A DNA stretch of 64,000 bases from an uncultured bacterium (GTDB taxonomy: Bacteria; Zixibacteria; MSB-5A5; JAABVY01; JAHJOQ01): contig CBDUQR010000003.1 in assembly GCA_965369655.1 (NCBI GenBank), forward strand, positions 32,354 through 96,353, in the 5' to 3' direction. Positions 40,633-51,772 of the stretch are shown here, one piece after another. Both the position numbers and the translations under genes were made by a program. Within the stretch, counting starts at the first letter, position 1, and every line of letters begins with the position of its first letter. The notes under the pieces were generated by a model. It was not told where the DNA came from. It saw only the letters and a program-made list of their open reading frames with translations, and did not search any database.

Positions 40633-40684
40633 GGACTGAAGCTCTTGACAGTATTAAAGCTCCCATTGCAACAGGAAGTGTGCT

Positions 40685-40987
40685 TCATGCCCCAGAACCT
40701 CCCGTAATCTCAATGTACAGATCTTTCCACTCGGGATTCATCTCTTCGATGAGATTGATCTTCCACTGACGATTCCACTTTTTCATCTGCTTCTCACGAA
40801 TGATCGCTGCGTTGACATCGGAATGAGTCTTATAATAAACCAACTTGTGAACGCCATATCTTTTTGTGAACCCGTCCACTACATCAGACTTATGCTGATG
40901 CACGCGCTTAACAAGGTCACTGGTAATCCCAATGTACAGTGTTCCGTACGTTTTGCTTGTGAGGATGTAAACATAGTACTGCGACAT
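40685..40987 (-). CDS. Stand-alone GIY-YIG nuclease
   Basis: YYVYIL...GTLYIGITSDL..RV.QH....FT.RY.V.KLVYY....AI.REK..K.W.R.WK..LI. Confidence 0.93.
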   Translation of the reverse strand: MSQYYVYILTSKTYGTLYIGITSDLVKRVHQHKSDVVDGFTKRYGVHKLVYYKTHSDVNAAIIREKQMKKWNRQWKINLIEEMNPEWKDLYIEITGGSGA

Positions 40988-40997
40988 TGCTTTCAGA

Positions 40998-41252
40998 TGG
41001 ATTCCAGCTTCTGCCGGAATGACACCTCGTATTCATATCACGAACAACAAGCCTCGTTATTCAGCCACATCACCCGACCTGTCTTCCCCGCGGAGGCGGG
41101 GAACCATTACACGACGCGCGCTAGAGACAATGGATTCCCGCCTTCGCGGGAATGACAGCAAGAGCAACGGGAATGACGGCAAGAGCGGTAGGAATGACAT
41201 CAAGAGCGGCGGAAATGACATCAAGAGCGATAGTAATGGTTTAGAGGGTAAA
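40998..41252. repeat. CGTC-type REPs plus 4-5 tandem 21-bp units upstream of the GIY-YIG gene
   Basis: REPs near 40998, 41081 and 41131; units gggaatgacagcaagagcaac, gggaatgacggcaagagcggt, aggaatgacatcaagagcggc, ggaaatgacatcaagagcgat from 41148. Confidence 0.85.
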
Positions 41253-41260
41253 TACATCAT

Positions 41261-43523
<2,263 letters not shown>

Positions 43524-43633
43524 CGTAAGAATCCCCGTAAACTATTATTATAAATGAAATTAAACAAATCGGCAAGCAAAATATCACCCGATTTCGAGGA
43601 TTCTTCACGTATAAGATATTGTATAACAATGCC

Positions 43634-44761
43634 TTACGACTGCGGAGTATACATGGCCACTCGTCCAGAGTCAACCATGAGTATAGTTTCAAATATACTT
43701 AAGTCTCTGATGTCTCCCAACTTAGATGTCGTCATCATCACCTGCGAAAGCCCTGGCAGAAGAGAAAGAAGGCAATCGAGACGATTTCTGTCGAAATCTG
43801 AGAATATCTCGTCGAGCAGCAGGATCGGAGTCTCGTCGCAGTTGTGTCTGATGTACTCGCAGAGGGCGAGTTTGACCGAGAGTACCACAGTCTTGACCTG
43901 TCCCTGAGAGGCAGAATTTCTGCAGTCCTGGCCGTGAAGCCTGAAAATAATATCGTCTCTGTGGGGGCCATACATGGACTGCCGCATGGCGAGCTCCCTG
44001 CCGCGACGTGACTTCAGTTTCTCGCTCAGACACTCCGTAGAGTACTCATCCAGTTTTGGAGAAGCTTCATAACAGATCGTCAGGGCTGAATCGGACTCCG
44101 ACATCTTCTGATGGTATTCTCCGGCAAGTTTCATAATCTCTCGGATAAACAGACTGCGTGTTGCATGTATATCGACTGCGATTTCGATCAGCTTCTGATC
44201 CCACACCTGCAGAAGCTCCTCCCCCTCCATTGCACCGATCGAGTCGTAGGCATCTCCGAGTTCTTTCAGCAGGGCATTTCTCTGGGCGATCACTTTCTTG
44301 TATTCCCACAACTGAGAGATATACCCTCGCTTGACCTGGGCGATCGATATGTCCAGGAATCGTCGCCTGATGGTTGGCGGGCCATAGACTAACTCTACAT
44401 CTCCCGGACCGAATGACACAGCCCGAAATCTTTCATATAGCGAGGCTACGCGTTTCTCTACAACGCCGTCTATCTTGATATGTCTTTTCTCGCCCGGTCT
44501 GTACGCAACTTCGACCGTAACCGGCTCTTCGAATATTAGACCCGTACCGGCTATGCGAAACAGATCTGAATCGTGACACTTGATTGCCTCGTCCGCTGCG
44601 CTGCGAAATGACTTAGCCGTGCAAAGATAGTAGATCGCTTCGAGCAGATTAGTTTTCCCTGCCCCGTTCAAACCAAATATCAGATTCGAACCTGTGGCAA
44701 AATGTACAATCTGCTTATCAAGATTTCGGAATCCGGTTATGTCAAGCGAATCCAAATGCAA
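43634..44761 (-). CDS. recF: DNA replication/repair protein RecF
   Basis: FRN, G.NGAGKTNLLEAI, RRRFLD, GPHRDD, SQGQ, LLLDEI.S; probable TTG start at 44761. Confidence 0.95.
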   Translation of the reverse strand: MHLDSLDITGFRNLDKQIVHFATGSNLIFGLNGAGKTNLLEAIYYLCTAKSFRSAADEAIKCHDSDLFRIAGTGLIFEEPVTVEVAYRPGEKRHIKIDGVVEKRVASLYERFRAVSFGPGDVELVYGPPTIRRRFLDISIAQVKRGYISQLWEYKKVIAQRNALLKELGDAYDSIGAMEGEELLQVWDQKLIEIAVDIHATRSLFIREIMKLAGEYHQKMSESDSALTICYEASPKLDEYSTECLSEKLKSRRGRELAMRQSMYGPHRDDIIFRLHGQDCRNSASQGQVKTVVLSVKLALCEYIRHNCDETPILLLDEIFSDFDRNRLDCLLSLLPGLSQVMMTTSKLGDIRDLSIFETILMVDSGRVAMYTPQS

Positions 44762-44802
44762 ATCTGTCTCATTGATGTTTGCGGGCCAGTTCTCAGTATC
44801 AG

Positions 44803-44828
44803 TAAAAAGCCCGCCTTGGGCGGGCTTA
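44803..44828 (-). terminator. Intrinsic terminator after dnaN
   Basis: Minus strand aagcccgcc-caa-ggcgggctt followed by T-run. Confidence 0.75.
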
Positions 44829-44856
44829 GCCATATCTTGTAACAATTGTTACATCT

Positions 44857-45966
44857 TTACTCAGCAAGTCGCAGCGGCATGATCAGACAAAGATAATCCT
44901 CGGTTCGGTCAGCAGAGAAAACAATTCCAGCAGAGACAGGTGACGATAATTCAAACACAACCTCATCGCTGTCCATCTGTTTGAGAATCTCTTCTATGTA
45001 TGTCGCGTTGTAACCGAGTTCCATCTTCTCATGCTTATATTCACAGGTCAATTCTTCCTTTGCTTCCCCGCCAAGGTCGACATTGGTCGCCGACAGGACC
45101 ATCTTGTTCTTGCCGATCGAGAGTTTCACCTGATGAGTAAGGGAATTAGAAAGTATCGACACACGCCTGACAGCAGACATCAGTTCATCTTTCTGGATCA
45201 CGAGCCTCTTATCATTATCAAGTGGAATCACCTGATCGAAATTCGGGTATGGTCCCTCAAAGAGCTTGGATGAGATTACACTCGGACCAACTCTGAACAT
45301 TATATTCTTTTCGCCGAAGACTACTCCGATCTCCTTTTCATGTTCGGCAATCAGTTTGACCACAGCGTTCAGTGCCCTGGGCGGGACGATCAAATCATCA
45401 GCCAGGCCGCGCAATTTGGTATTGTCAATGGCGATCTTTGCCAATCTGTGTCCATCAGTGGCGACCATAACCATCTTATCGCCCGAAGTTTGCCACAAAA
45501 CACCGTTTAGAGCCGGGCGTGATTCATCCTGGGAAACCGCAAAAGATGTCTTGCGGACCATATTTACAAAATCCCCAGCGGGCAAGCGTATTTCTTTTGC
45601 AGTATTGTATTCCGGAATGCGAGGAAACTCATCACCAGGAATTCCGGATATCTTGAATTCTCCTGTCTTAGTCAGCATCACCAGTCTGTTCTTATCAGCA
45701 CTTACAGTGATCTCTGTCTCCGGCAACTCCCTGATAATATCTGTCAATGTCTTGGCATGTACAGTTAGTGATCCCGCTTCTTCGACCTTCATCTCAAGAA
45801 CAGTAGAAATTGATATTTCCAGATTTGTTGCCGCAAACATTATCCCCGCATCGCGCGCCTCGATCAGTACATTCCCCAGAATCGGTAATGCGGATTTAGT
45901 TGGAACTGCTCCGAGAACAATATTCAGGAATTCAAAGAGTTTGGACTTTGCTATCTGGAACTTCAT
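44857..45966 (-). CDS. dnaN: DNA polymerase III beta clamp
   Basis: LPIL.NVL, ATNLEI, R..LNGV, VATDGHRLA, G.YPNF..VIP, LIMPLR. Confidence 0.97.
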   Translation of the reverse strand: MKFQIAKSKLFEFLNIVLGAVPTKSALPILGNVLIEARDAGIMFAATNLEISISTVLEMKVEEAGSLTVHAKTLTDIIRELPETEITVSADKNRLVMLTKTGEFKISGIPGDEFPRIPEYNTAKEIRLPAGDFVNMVRKTSFAVSQDESRPALNGVLWQTSGDKMVMVATDGHRLAKIAIDNTKLRGLADDLIVPPRALNAVVKLIAEHEKEIGVVFGEKNIMFRVGPSVISSKLFEGPYPNFDQVIPLDNDKRLVIQKDELMSAVRRVSILSNSLTHQVKLSIGKNKMVLSATNVDLGGEAKEELTCEYKHEKMELGYNATYIEEILKQMDSDEVVFELSSPVSAGIVFSADRTEDYLCLIMPLRLAE

Positions 45967-46209
45967 CGTTGACTCCTAAGACTATCCACAGTTCTTTTAG
46001 TATCTAAGATCATATATGAATATAATATAATAATCATAATGGTGTTGAATATATTAACAACTGTTGTAATGTATTCTCATGCTGTAAATTACCTGAGTCC
46101 AATATTGTTGACAATATTGGATAGTAATCACCAATCAACTCAACCTGTATACATATAACAAATTGATAATACAAATTCAACCCTTTTCAACATTACAGTC
46201 CACAGCGAT
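45967..46209. other. oriC part (dnaA-dnaN intergenic): DnaA boxes + AT-rich unwinding element
   Basis: CTATCCACA at 45982-45990 next to AT-rich tatatgaatataatataataatcataat; further degenerate boxes (tgttgaata, tgttgacaa, ttttcaaca). Confidence 0.8.
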
Positions 46210-47580
46210 TCAGACATAAAGTGAGTCTATCAACTGATCGATTCTGAGTTTGAGGTTCACATCTTTTTTCATCATACCAACGATAGTTTTATGCGCATGT
46301 ATTACAGTTGAATGATCCCTGCCTCCGAAAGCAACTCCGATTGTCTTCAGAGAAGAGTCCGTGAGCATTCTGCAAAGATACATGGCGATCTGACGAGCCA
46401 GGGCGACTTCAGCGGTCTTTTTTCTGGCGTGCATCATTTCAGGACTGAGATTGTATGACTGAGCCACACGTTTCTGGATTTCTTCGATGCTGACCGACTG
46501 CTTTGCATGCGGCAGTGAATCCTTCAACACCTGCTGGGCAAGATCGACTGTAATTTCGCGTCCGCGAAGTGAAGCATATGCCAGGAGTCGGGTAAGACAG
46601 CCCTCGAGAACCCGAATATTGCTCGTCACAGAATCCGCAATGAATGTGAGCACATCGCCGGGTACCTGAGTACCATCAGTTTCTGACTTCTTACGAAGGA
46701 TTGCGATCCTTGTTTCCAGCGATGGAGGCTGAATATCAGTAACAAGTCCCCATGAAAAGCGTGAAAGAAGCCGTTCTTCAAGACCCTTGATGTCTCTTGG
46801 TGGACGGTCTGCAGTTAATACAAGCTGCTTGCCGTTCTGATGCAGAGTATTGAAAGTGTGGAAAAACTGCTCCTGAGTCGATTCTTTTCCAGTGAAAAAC
46901 TGAATATCGTCAATGATAAGCATATCTGCTGAGCGATAGCGACTCGTGAAACTAGTGACTGACCGAGTCGTGATAGAATCGATGAAATCGTTGGTGAACT
47001 TTTCCGATGTGACATAGATGACCTTCGCCGATGCGCTGTTATCGACCATGTGTTTACCAATAGCCTGTGCCAGGTGTGTCTTGCCTAATCCGACCCCTCC
47101 ATAGATAAAAAGTGGGTTGTATCTGGTGCTTCCGGGTGCCTTGGCGACTGCAAGACTTGCGGCATATGCAAACTCGTTGGAATCTCCGACGACAAAGGTA
47201 TCAAACCGGTATCTCTCAGAAAAACTGGAGTTCACCTGCGGTCGGGCAGCTACCTGATGTTGTGGTTGAACAGGCGTCTTTTCAAGCTCTGCTTCGTCCT
47301 CGAATATATCTGTTTGAGCCGCAGCCTGTGACGGACAGACTACGAACTGATATGAGCAGTCCATATCTGTGACAGATCTCAGTGCGTCGACTATCAAGTC
47401 GCCATAGTGCTCCTGGAGCCAGTCAGCAACGAACCTGTTCGGTACCCCGATATGGATATCTCCGTTATCCCCGCCAACGGCGGTGGTAGGTTTCAGCCAA
47501 GTGAAAAAGCTTTGCTTTGTCACCTTTCTGGACATGAATGATAGACACTCGGACCATATCCGGCTTTGGTCGACAGACAT
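46210..47580 (-). CDS. dnaA: Chromosomal replication initiator DnaA
   Basis: YNPLFIYGGVGLGKTHL, DDIQF, QEQFFHTFN, RQIAMYL, GGRDHSTVIHA. Confidence 0.98.
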   Translation of the reverse strand: MSVDQSRIWSECLSFMSRKVTKQSFFTWLKPTTAVGGDNGDIHIGVPNRFVADWLQEHYGDLIVDALRSVTDMDCSYQFVVCPSQAAAQTDIFEDEAELEKTPVQPQHQVAARPQVNSSFSERYRFDTFVVGDSNEFAYAASLAVAKAPGSTRYNPLFIYGGVGLGKTHLAQAIGKHMVDNSASAKVIYVTSEKFTNDFIDSITTRSVTSFTSRYRSADMLIIDDIQFFTGKESTQEQFFHTFNTLHQNGKQLVLTADRPPRDIKGLEERLLSRFSWGLVTDIQPPSLETRIAILRKKSETDGTQVPGDVLTFIADSVTSNIRVLEGCLTRLLAYASLRGREITVDLAQQVLKDSLPHAKQSVSIEEIQKRVAQSYNLSPEMMHARKKTAEVALARQIAMYLCRMLTDSSLKTIGVAFGGRDHSTVIHAHKTIVGMMKKDVNLKLRIDQLIDSLYV

Positions 47581-47589
47581 CTTGTCCCC

Positions 47590-47830
47590 CAATGTATTTA
47601 TTAACATCTGTGGAAAACTGTAACCTTAAAGCTCTCAGTCAGTTGTATACCGCGGTGTATGCCGGGCCACAGGTTTATCCACAAAGAGTAACATGAAACA
47701 GACAGAACCATCGTAATTTGTACGAACTTTCAATCAGTGACTGGTGTTATCAACACGTTGTTAACATATTAGCAATCAACAAGTTCTGAGGATAAACTTG
47801 GCGGAATCGGAGCCAAATGTCAAGAACTTG
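47590..47830. promoter_or_regulatory. DnaA-box cluster / dnaA promoter region
   Basis: Perfect TTATCCACA at 47675-47683; TGTGGAAAA at 47609; TTATCAACA near 47747; TGAGGATAA near 47787. Confidence 0.8.
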
Positions 47831-47970
47831 GTGAAAAAAAATAGCGAGTCAGAAGTCCATTGACTGCAATGGCTTACAAGGGCATTACTTCGTAGACATC
47901 CTCGGGCTGGTTTCCGGTTGGGTGCAAATAGCTATTATTCCCTGATGACATAGACGTTTATTGAGAACTC

Positions 47971-49017
47971 CTAAAACGTGTCGAGTATTTCAGTACAGAT
48001 GTGACGATATGGGTCGGCTACATCGCCGTCAGGACCGTCGAAGAGAGACTTGCCGCTATCGGCATGTTCTCGGATCGATTTGAGGAGCGGAACCTCGCCG
48101 AGGAATCTCGTGCTGATCTTTTTAGCGAGTTTGTGGCCCCCCTGCTGGCCGAATATGTACTCCTTACTACCATCGGGAAGGAGATAGTATGACATATTTT
48201 CTACGACGCCCAGTACCGGAATATTAGTCTTTTTCGCCATTGCGGCCACTCTGCTGGCGACTTCCGCCGCTGCCGGCTGAGGTGTGGTAACGACTATCAT
48301 CTGCGAATCGGGCAGCTTCTGGCTGATCGTAATGCTTACATCGCCCGTACCGGGAGGTAAATCCATCAGGAGAATATCCAGTTCTCCCCAGACAGTGTCG
48401 GTGATGAATTGGGAGATGGCCTTGTGCAGCAACGGACCTCTCCAGACGACCGGTTCACCTTCAGGCACAAAAAATCCCATTGAGACAACCTTGATGCCAT
48501 CCTGTTCTGCGGGGATTATCATATTGTCTATGATAGTCGGATCTGAGTCGATGCCGAGCATTCCTGGGACGGAAAATCCGTACACATCGGCATCCAGCAC
48601 GCCGACTCGCAGCTTCTTTTCTGTAAACGCTCGTGCGAGATTTGCGGTGATCGTCGATTTGCCGACCCCACCTTTTCCGGACGATATTGCGAGAATATGA
48701 TCGGCGATGTGCTGGACCTTTTCTTCGCTCGGTTCGCCGAGAATCTGCTTGCGAATATCTGCTCTCTCCTGTTCGTTCATGGAGCCGAATTCGACTCGCA
48801 CCTCGTCGATACCGTCAAGCTCAGAGACTGCCTTCGATACGTCATCGCTAATCCGTACTTTGAAAGGACATCCGGGAATAGTCAGCTTAATTTTGATTAC
48901 TGCCAGTCTGCCCGTAACCTGTATATCCTCGACCATTCCGAGGTCAACTATGGATTTGTGCAGTTCGGGGTCTTCGACCGGCTTCAACGCCTGCAGGATT
49001 TCATCTTTCGCAACCAT
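47971..49017 (-). CDS. Mrp/ApbC/NBP35 ATPase with N-terminal DUF59 domain
   Basis: V.DPEL...IVDLG, TIPGCP, SGKGGVGKST, DADVYG.S, WRGP, DLPPGTGD, ENMS. Confidence 0.93.
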   Translation of the reverse strand: MVAKDEILQALKPVEDPELHKSIVDLGMVEDIQVTGRLAVIKIKLTIPGCPFKVRISDDVSKAVSELDGIDEVRVEFGSMNEQERADIRKQILGEPSEEKVQHIADHILAISSGKGGVGKSTITANLARAFTEKKLRVGVLDADVYGFSVPGMLGIDSDPTIIDNMIIPAEQDGIKVVSMGFFVPEGEPVVWRGPLLHKAISQFITDTVWGELDILLMDLPPGTGDVSITISQKLPDSQMIVVTTPQPAAAEVASRVAAMAKKTNIPVLGVVENMSYYLLPDGSKEYIFGQQGGHKLAKKISTRFLGEVPLLKSIREHADSGKSLFDGPDGDVADPYRHICTEILDTF

Positions 49018-49426
49018 CTTTTTCCTCTTCTTTCTTTGAAGTAACCAGATCTTGAAGAGTCGTAGACTCCAGAATGTTGTCGACCGCGTCCTGAAACTTT
49101 TGCCAGATGGTCTTCAGTGAGCAATCCTCAGCGATCTCGCACTGCGGAATGCCAACGAGGCATTCATAAGCCACTATGGGACCCTGAACCGCATCGACGA
49201 TAGCCTTGAAGGTAATCTGGTCCGGTCTGCCGCTTAAGATAATTCCCCCGCCATACCCTCGCGAAGTCCTGACGATTCCTGCTCTGGCGAGATCACTCAG
49301 TATGTGCGGAAGGAATTTCGGCGGGATACACTGACTCTCCGCGATCTCTTCCGATCTCATCAGGTTGTTCGTCCTGGCGAGCTCTGCCAGTGCCCTTATT
49401 GCGTACTCAGTCCGGTTCGAAAACAT
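49001..49426 (-). CDS. Rrf2-family transcriptional regulator with three C-terminal Cys
   Basis: EYAIRAL..LA, L..IL..L..AG.V...RG..GG, ECLVGIPQCEIAEDC. Confidence 0.9.
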   Translation of the reverse strand: MFSNRTEYAIRALAELARTNNLMRSEEIAESQCIPPKFLPHILSDLARAGIVRTSRGYGGGIILSGRPDQITFKAIVDAVQGPIVAYECLVGIPQCEIAEDCSLKTIWQKFQDAVDNILESTTLQDLVTSKKEEEKDGCER

Positions 49427-49547
49427 AATAACGCATAACTCAATCTACGATCACATATTTGCCGCGTGAAGATAACACATGAATCCGTGATGTCAACGAC
49501 TTTTGGAGGGGTTCGCGATGCGAAAAGAGCCGGACTACTTCAACGGG

Positions 49548-49912
49548 TTACTCGACCTTGTTTTCCTGTTCTCTCGTAATGCTTTCGAGCGACTGATCGA
49601 GATTCTTATTCGGGAGTATAATCTGCATTACAGCTTTCTCAATCGCCTGGGCTACGTTGTCCACGAAAACAAACTCGATGTCGTTCCTGATTTCGTCGGG
49701 GGAGACGGACCCATCTCTTTTTCGTTGAGAGTGGGCAGGAATATCTTTCGTATGGATGATCTGTGAGCTCCAAACGCCTTTTCCTCGATTCCTTCGACCG
49801 GGTAGATCTTTCCGTGCAGGGTTATTTCACCGGTAAATGCGAAATCGTGATGTACGGGCATCTCAGTCAGCAGCCAGATCCGCTCGATAGGGTTGAGGTC
49901 GGGTGAGTTCGG
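49548..49912 (-). pseudogene. Lon protease C-terminal relic fused to an IS630-transposase fragment
   Basis: PNSPDLNPIERIW runs in frame into LLTEMPVHHDFAFTGEITLHGKIYPVEGIEEK; a frameshift near 49700 continues PDEIRNDIEFVFVDNVAQAIEKAV to a stop at 49548. Confidence 0.75.
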
Positions 49913-50072
49913 TCAGTCGAATCTTATCTCTGTATATATCAGCCTGCATCATATCGCTGTAGTACTCCTGATCGGTGCATAAAGTGCATGCGACTGTCGT
50001 CGTGAAAATAGTATCGGAGCACTATCGTGTCCAGGGAATCCTGCCATCTGTGTCACGATTCTGATGCGTTGA

Positions 50073-50636
50073 TCAACTTGTCTGCAGGACTTGAGGAACA
50101 CGAACAATGAGCTTGAAGCCGGGGTGTCCGTTGTCAGATGGTATTACTTTGAGGCGTAATCTTCGCTTCAAATTGACGAACGCAAATCGCTCGGCGCTCG
50201 ATTTCAGCAGTTCTATGACATTGTTTGCTGCATATGCGAGGTCATCTAAGCATCTCGGTTCAAATTCTATCAGGCTGTAATCGTCGATTACCTTGATCAT
50301 CGGTTCACCAGGATCCTGAGCAAGAAAGTCGGATACTGAACTGCCGTCGCACTCGTTCAGGTTCTTGATCACCCTGATTTTTGATGTGCCGGGTACTGTC
50401 CGTTTCAGTATCTTGGAAGGCACTCCCAACCCCAGTATGAAGCTCGAAAGCGATTGTGGAAGTGGTATGGCCATGATAGGAATAGATTTCATCACAATCC
50501 GTATGTCATCTTTCTGACAGTGCTGAGCCAGCATAAACTTAATTGTCTCTGTCACCTCACGGATGTCATCGATTGAGACGATGAGATAATGGATAGTTTG
50601 CGGCTCGCCGTATAGTTCTGATACTTGAGTGTCCAT
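50073..50636 (-). CDS. Hypothetical protein
   Basis: 187-aa ORF with ATG filling the interval; no family recognised. Confidence 0.55.
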   Translation of the reverse strand: MDTQVSELYGEPQTIHYLIVSIDDIREVTETIKFMLAQHCQKDDIRIVMKSIPIMAIPLPQSLSSFILGLGVPSKILKRTVPGTSKIRVIKNLNECDGSSVSDFLAQDPGEPMIKVIDDYSLIEFEPRCLDDLAYAANNVIELLKSSAERFAFVNLKRRLRLKVIPSDNGHPGFKLIVRVPQVLQTS

Positions 50637-50750
50637 AGTGCTTATCAGTAAATATCGGCAGTCTGTCGCAAAACTTTTGCGCCGTGGAGGAACGCTTTGA
50701 AAATCGGGTCAAAACAGTCGCATTCCGGTGTTTCTCAGATCGGGTACAAA

Positions 50751-50785
50751 CGAAAAGGCCGCCTCTGCCTTAGCAGAGACGGCCA
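50751..50785 (-). terminator. Intrinsic terminator after the PorV-like gene
   Basis: Minus strand ggccgtctctgc-taag-gcagaggcggcc-ttttcgttt. Confidence 0.8.
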
Positions 50786-50803
50786 GTTCGGAAACAAGTC
50801 ACC

Positions 50804-51706
50804 TTACAGGTCGAATGTCAATCCTATCCTGTGATTTTCGCCGAAGGCATCTCCCTGTTCGGAGATGTAGGCGTAATCAAGACTATACTTATTGGCGACC
50901 TTAAGGCCTGCGCCAAGCGTGAATTCACCATTGTTGACGCCGCCACGAACGGCAGCAAAGTAATCCTCCGCGAATTGGTAGGAATACTCGGCGCCGATAC
51001 GAAGTTTGATCTCAGACTTGTGCTGGATCTTCTCGATGTCGACGGGAACGGTAAATCCTTCGACCGGGAACAGGGCCACACCGACACGGAAAGTGGCGGG
51101 TACGGTCTTGTCGAGCTTGGTTCCGAGATCGGACGCGGTTACGCCGAGATTCATCATCTCACTGATGGCGTATCTGACGCCCGCATCGAAACCGACGCCG
51201 GTCTTAGTATAGGTGTCATACTTCTGGTAGGCAACTTTGAAGTTGAATCCAACCATCAGATTTTCCATCTGATTGCCGTACGACATGATGAAGACGTGAT
51301 CGTTAGCATCGAAATTCTCCGGTACGGAGGTCTTCGTCTCACGTTTTTCAATATCGCCGGTCCCGGCATTCAGCCAGGAGAACCCGAGCGCACCGAACTC
51401 GAACTGCCCGGCAAATGCCAGGTAGTTGTACTTCCGGTCGCAGTCCATGTTAGATGCGATCATGCTTGAGAAGGAGAACTTCTCAACCTGTGACAGGCCG
51501 GCTGGGTTCCAATAGCCTGCTGTAGCATCATTTGCTACGGCAACGTAGGCGCCACCCATTGCAAGCGCGCGCGCCCCCACGCCCATGCGCATCATCGGCA
51601 TAGCGTGGTTGAATTCAGTGGCTATGGCAACCTGCGAGCAACCCACCACCAGCAGGATGAAAAGCGCCAAACTCAAAGTCGGCGTCTTTCTTGAGTTTCG
51701 TTTCAT
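50804..51706 (-). CDS. PorV/PorQ-family outer-membrane beta-barrel
   Basis: Signal peptide; GVGARALAMGGAYVAVANDATAGYWNPAGL; alternating beta-strands; C-terminal HRIGLTFDL. Confidence 0.88.
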   Translation of the reverse strand: MKRNSRKTPTLSLALFILLVVGCSQVAIATEFNHAMPMMRMGVGARALAMGGAYVAVANDATAGYWNPAGLSQVEKFSFSSMIASNMDCDRKYNYLAFAGQFEFGALGFSWLNAGTGDIEKRETKTSVPENFDANDHVFIMSYGNQMENLMVGFNFKVAYQKYDTYTKTGVGFDAGVRYAISEMMNLGVTASDLGTKLDKTVPATFRVGVALFPVEGFTVPVDIEKIQHKSEIKLRIGAEYSYQFAEDYFAAVRGGVNNGEFTLGAGLKVANKYSLDYAYISEQGDAFGENHRIGLTFDL

Positions 51707-51772
51707 TGTTCAATCACCCTTCGCTAAAGGTTTCCGCAGGACCGGGGGATTATCCCCGGCCCTGCTGGTGAG

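Noticed and set aside
41148-41252. CRISPR array, or coding repeat in ORFs 41019-41354 and 41057-41260
   Set aside because: Contiguous 21-bp units without spacers; the ORFs are translations of REP and tandem DNA.
44762-44845. N-terminal extension of RecF in the ORF track
   Set aside because: Overlaps the dnaN terminator; RecF similarity begins at the TTG at 44761.
50023-50041. Possible solo end of the pilus-operon MITE (tatcgtgtccagggaatcc)
   Set aside because: Short match with three mismatches and no partner end; may be chance.
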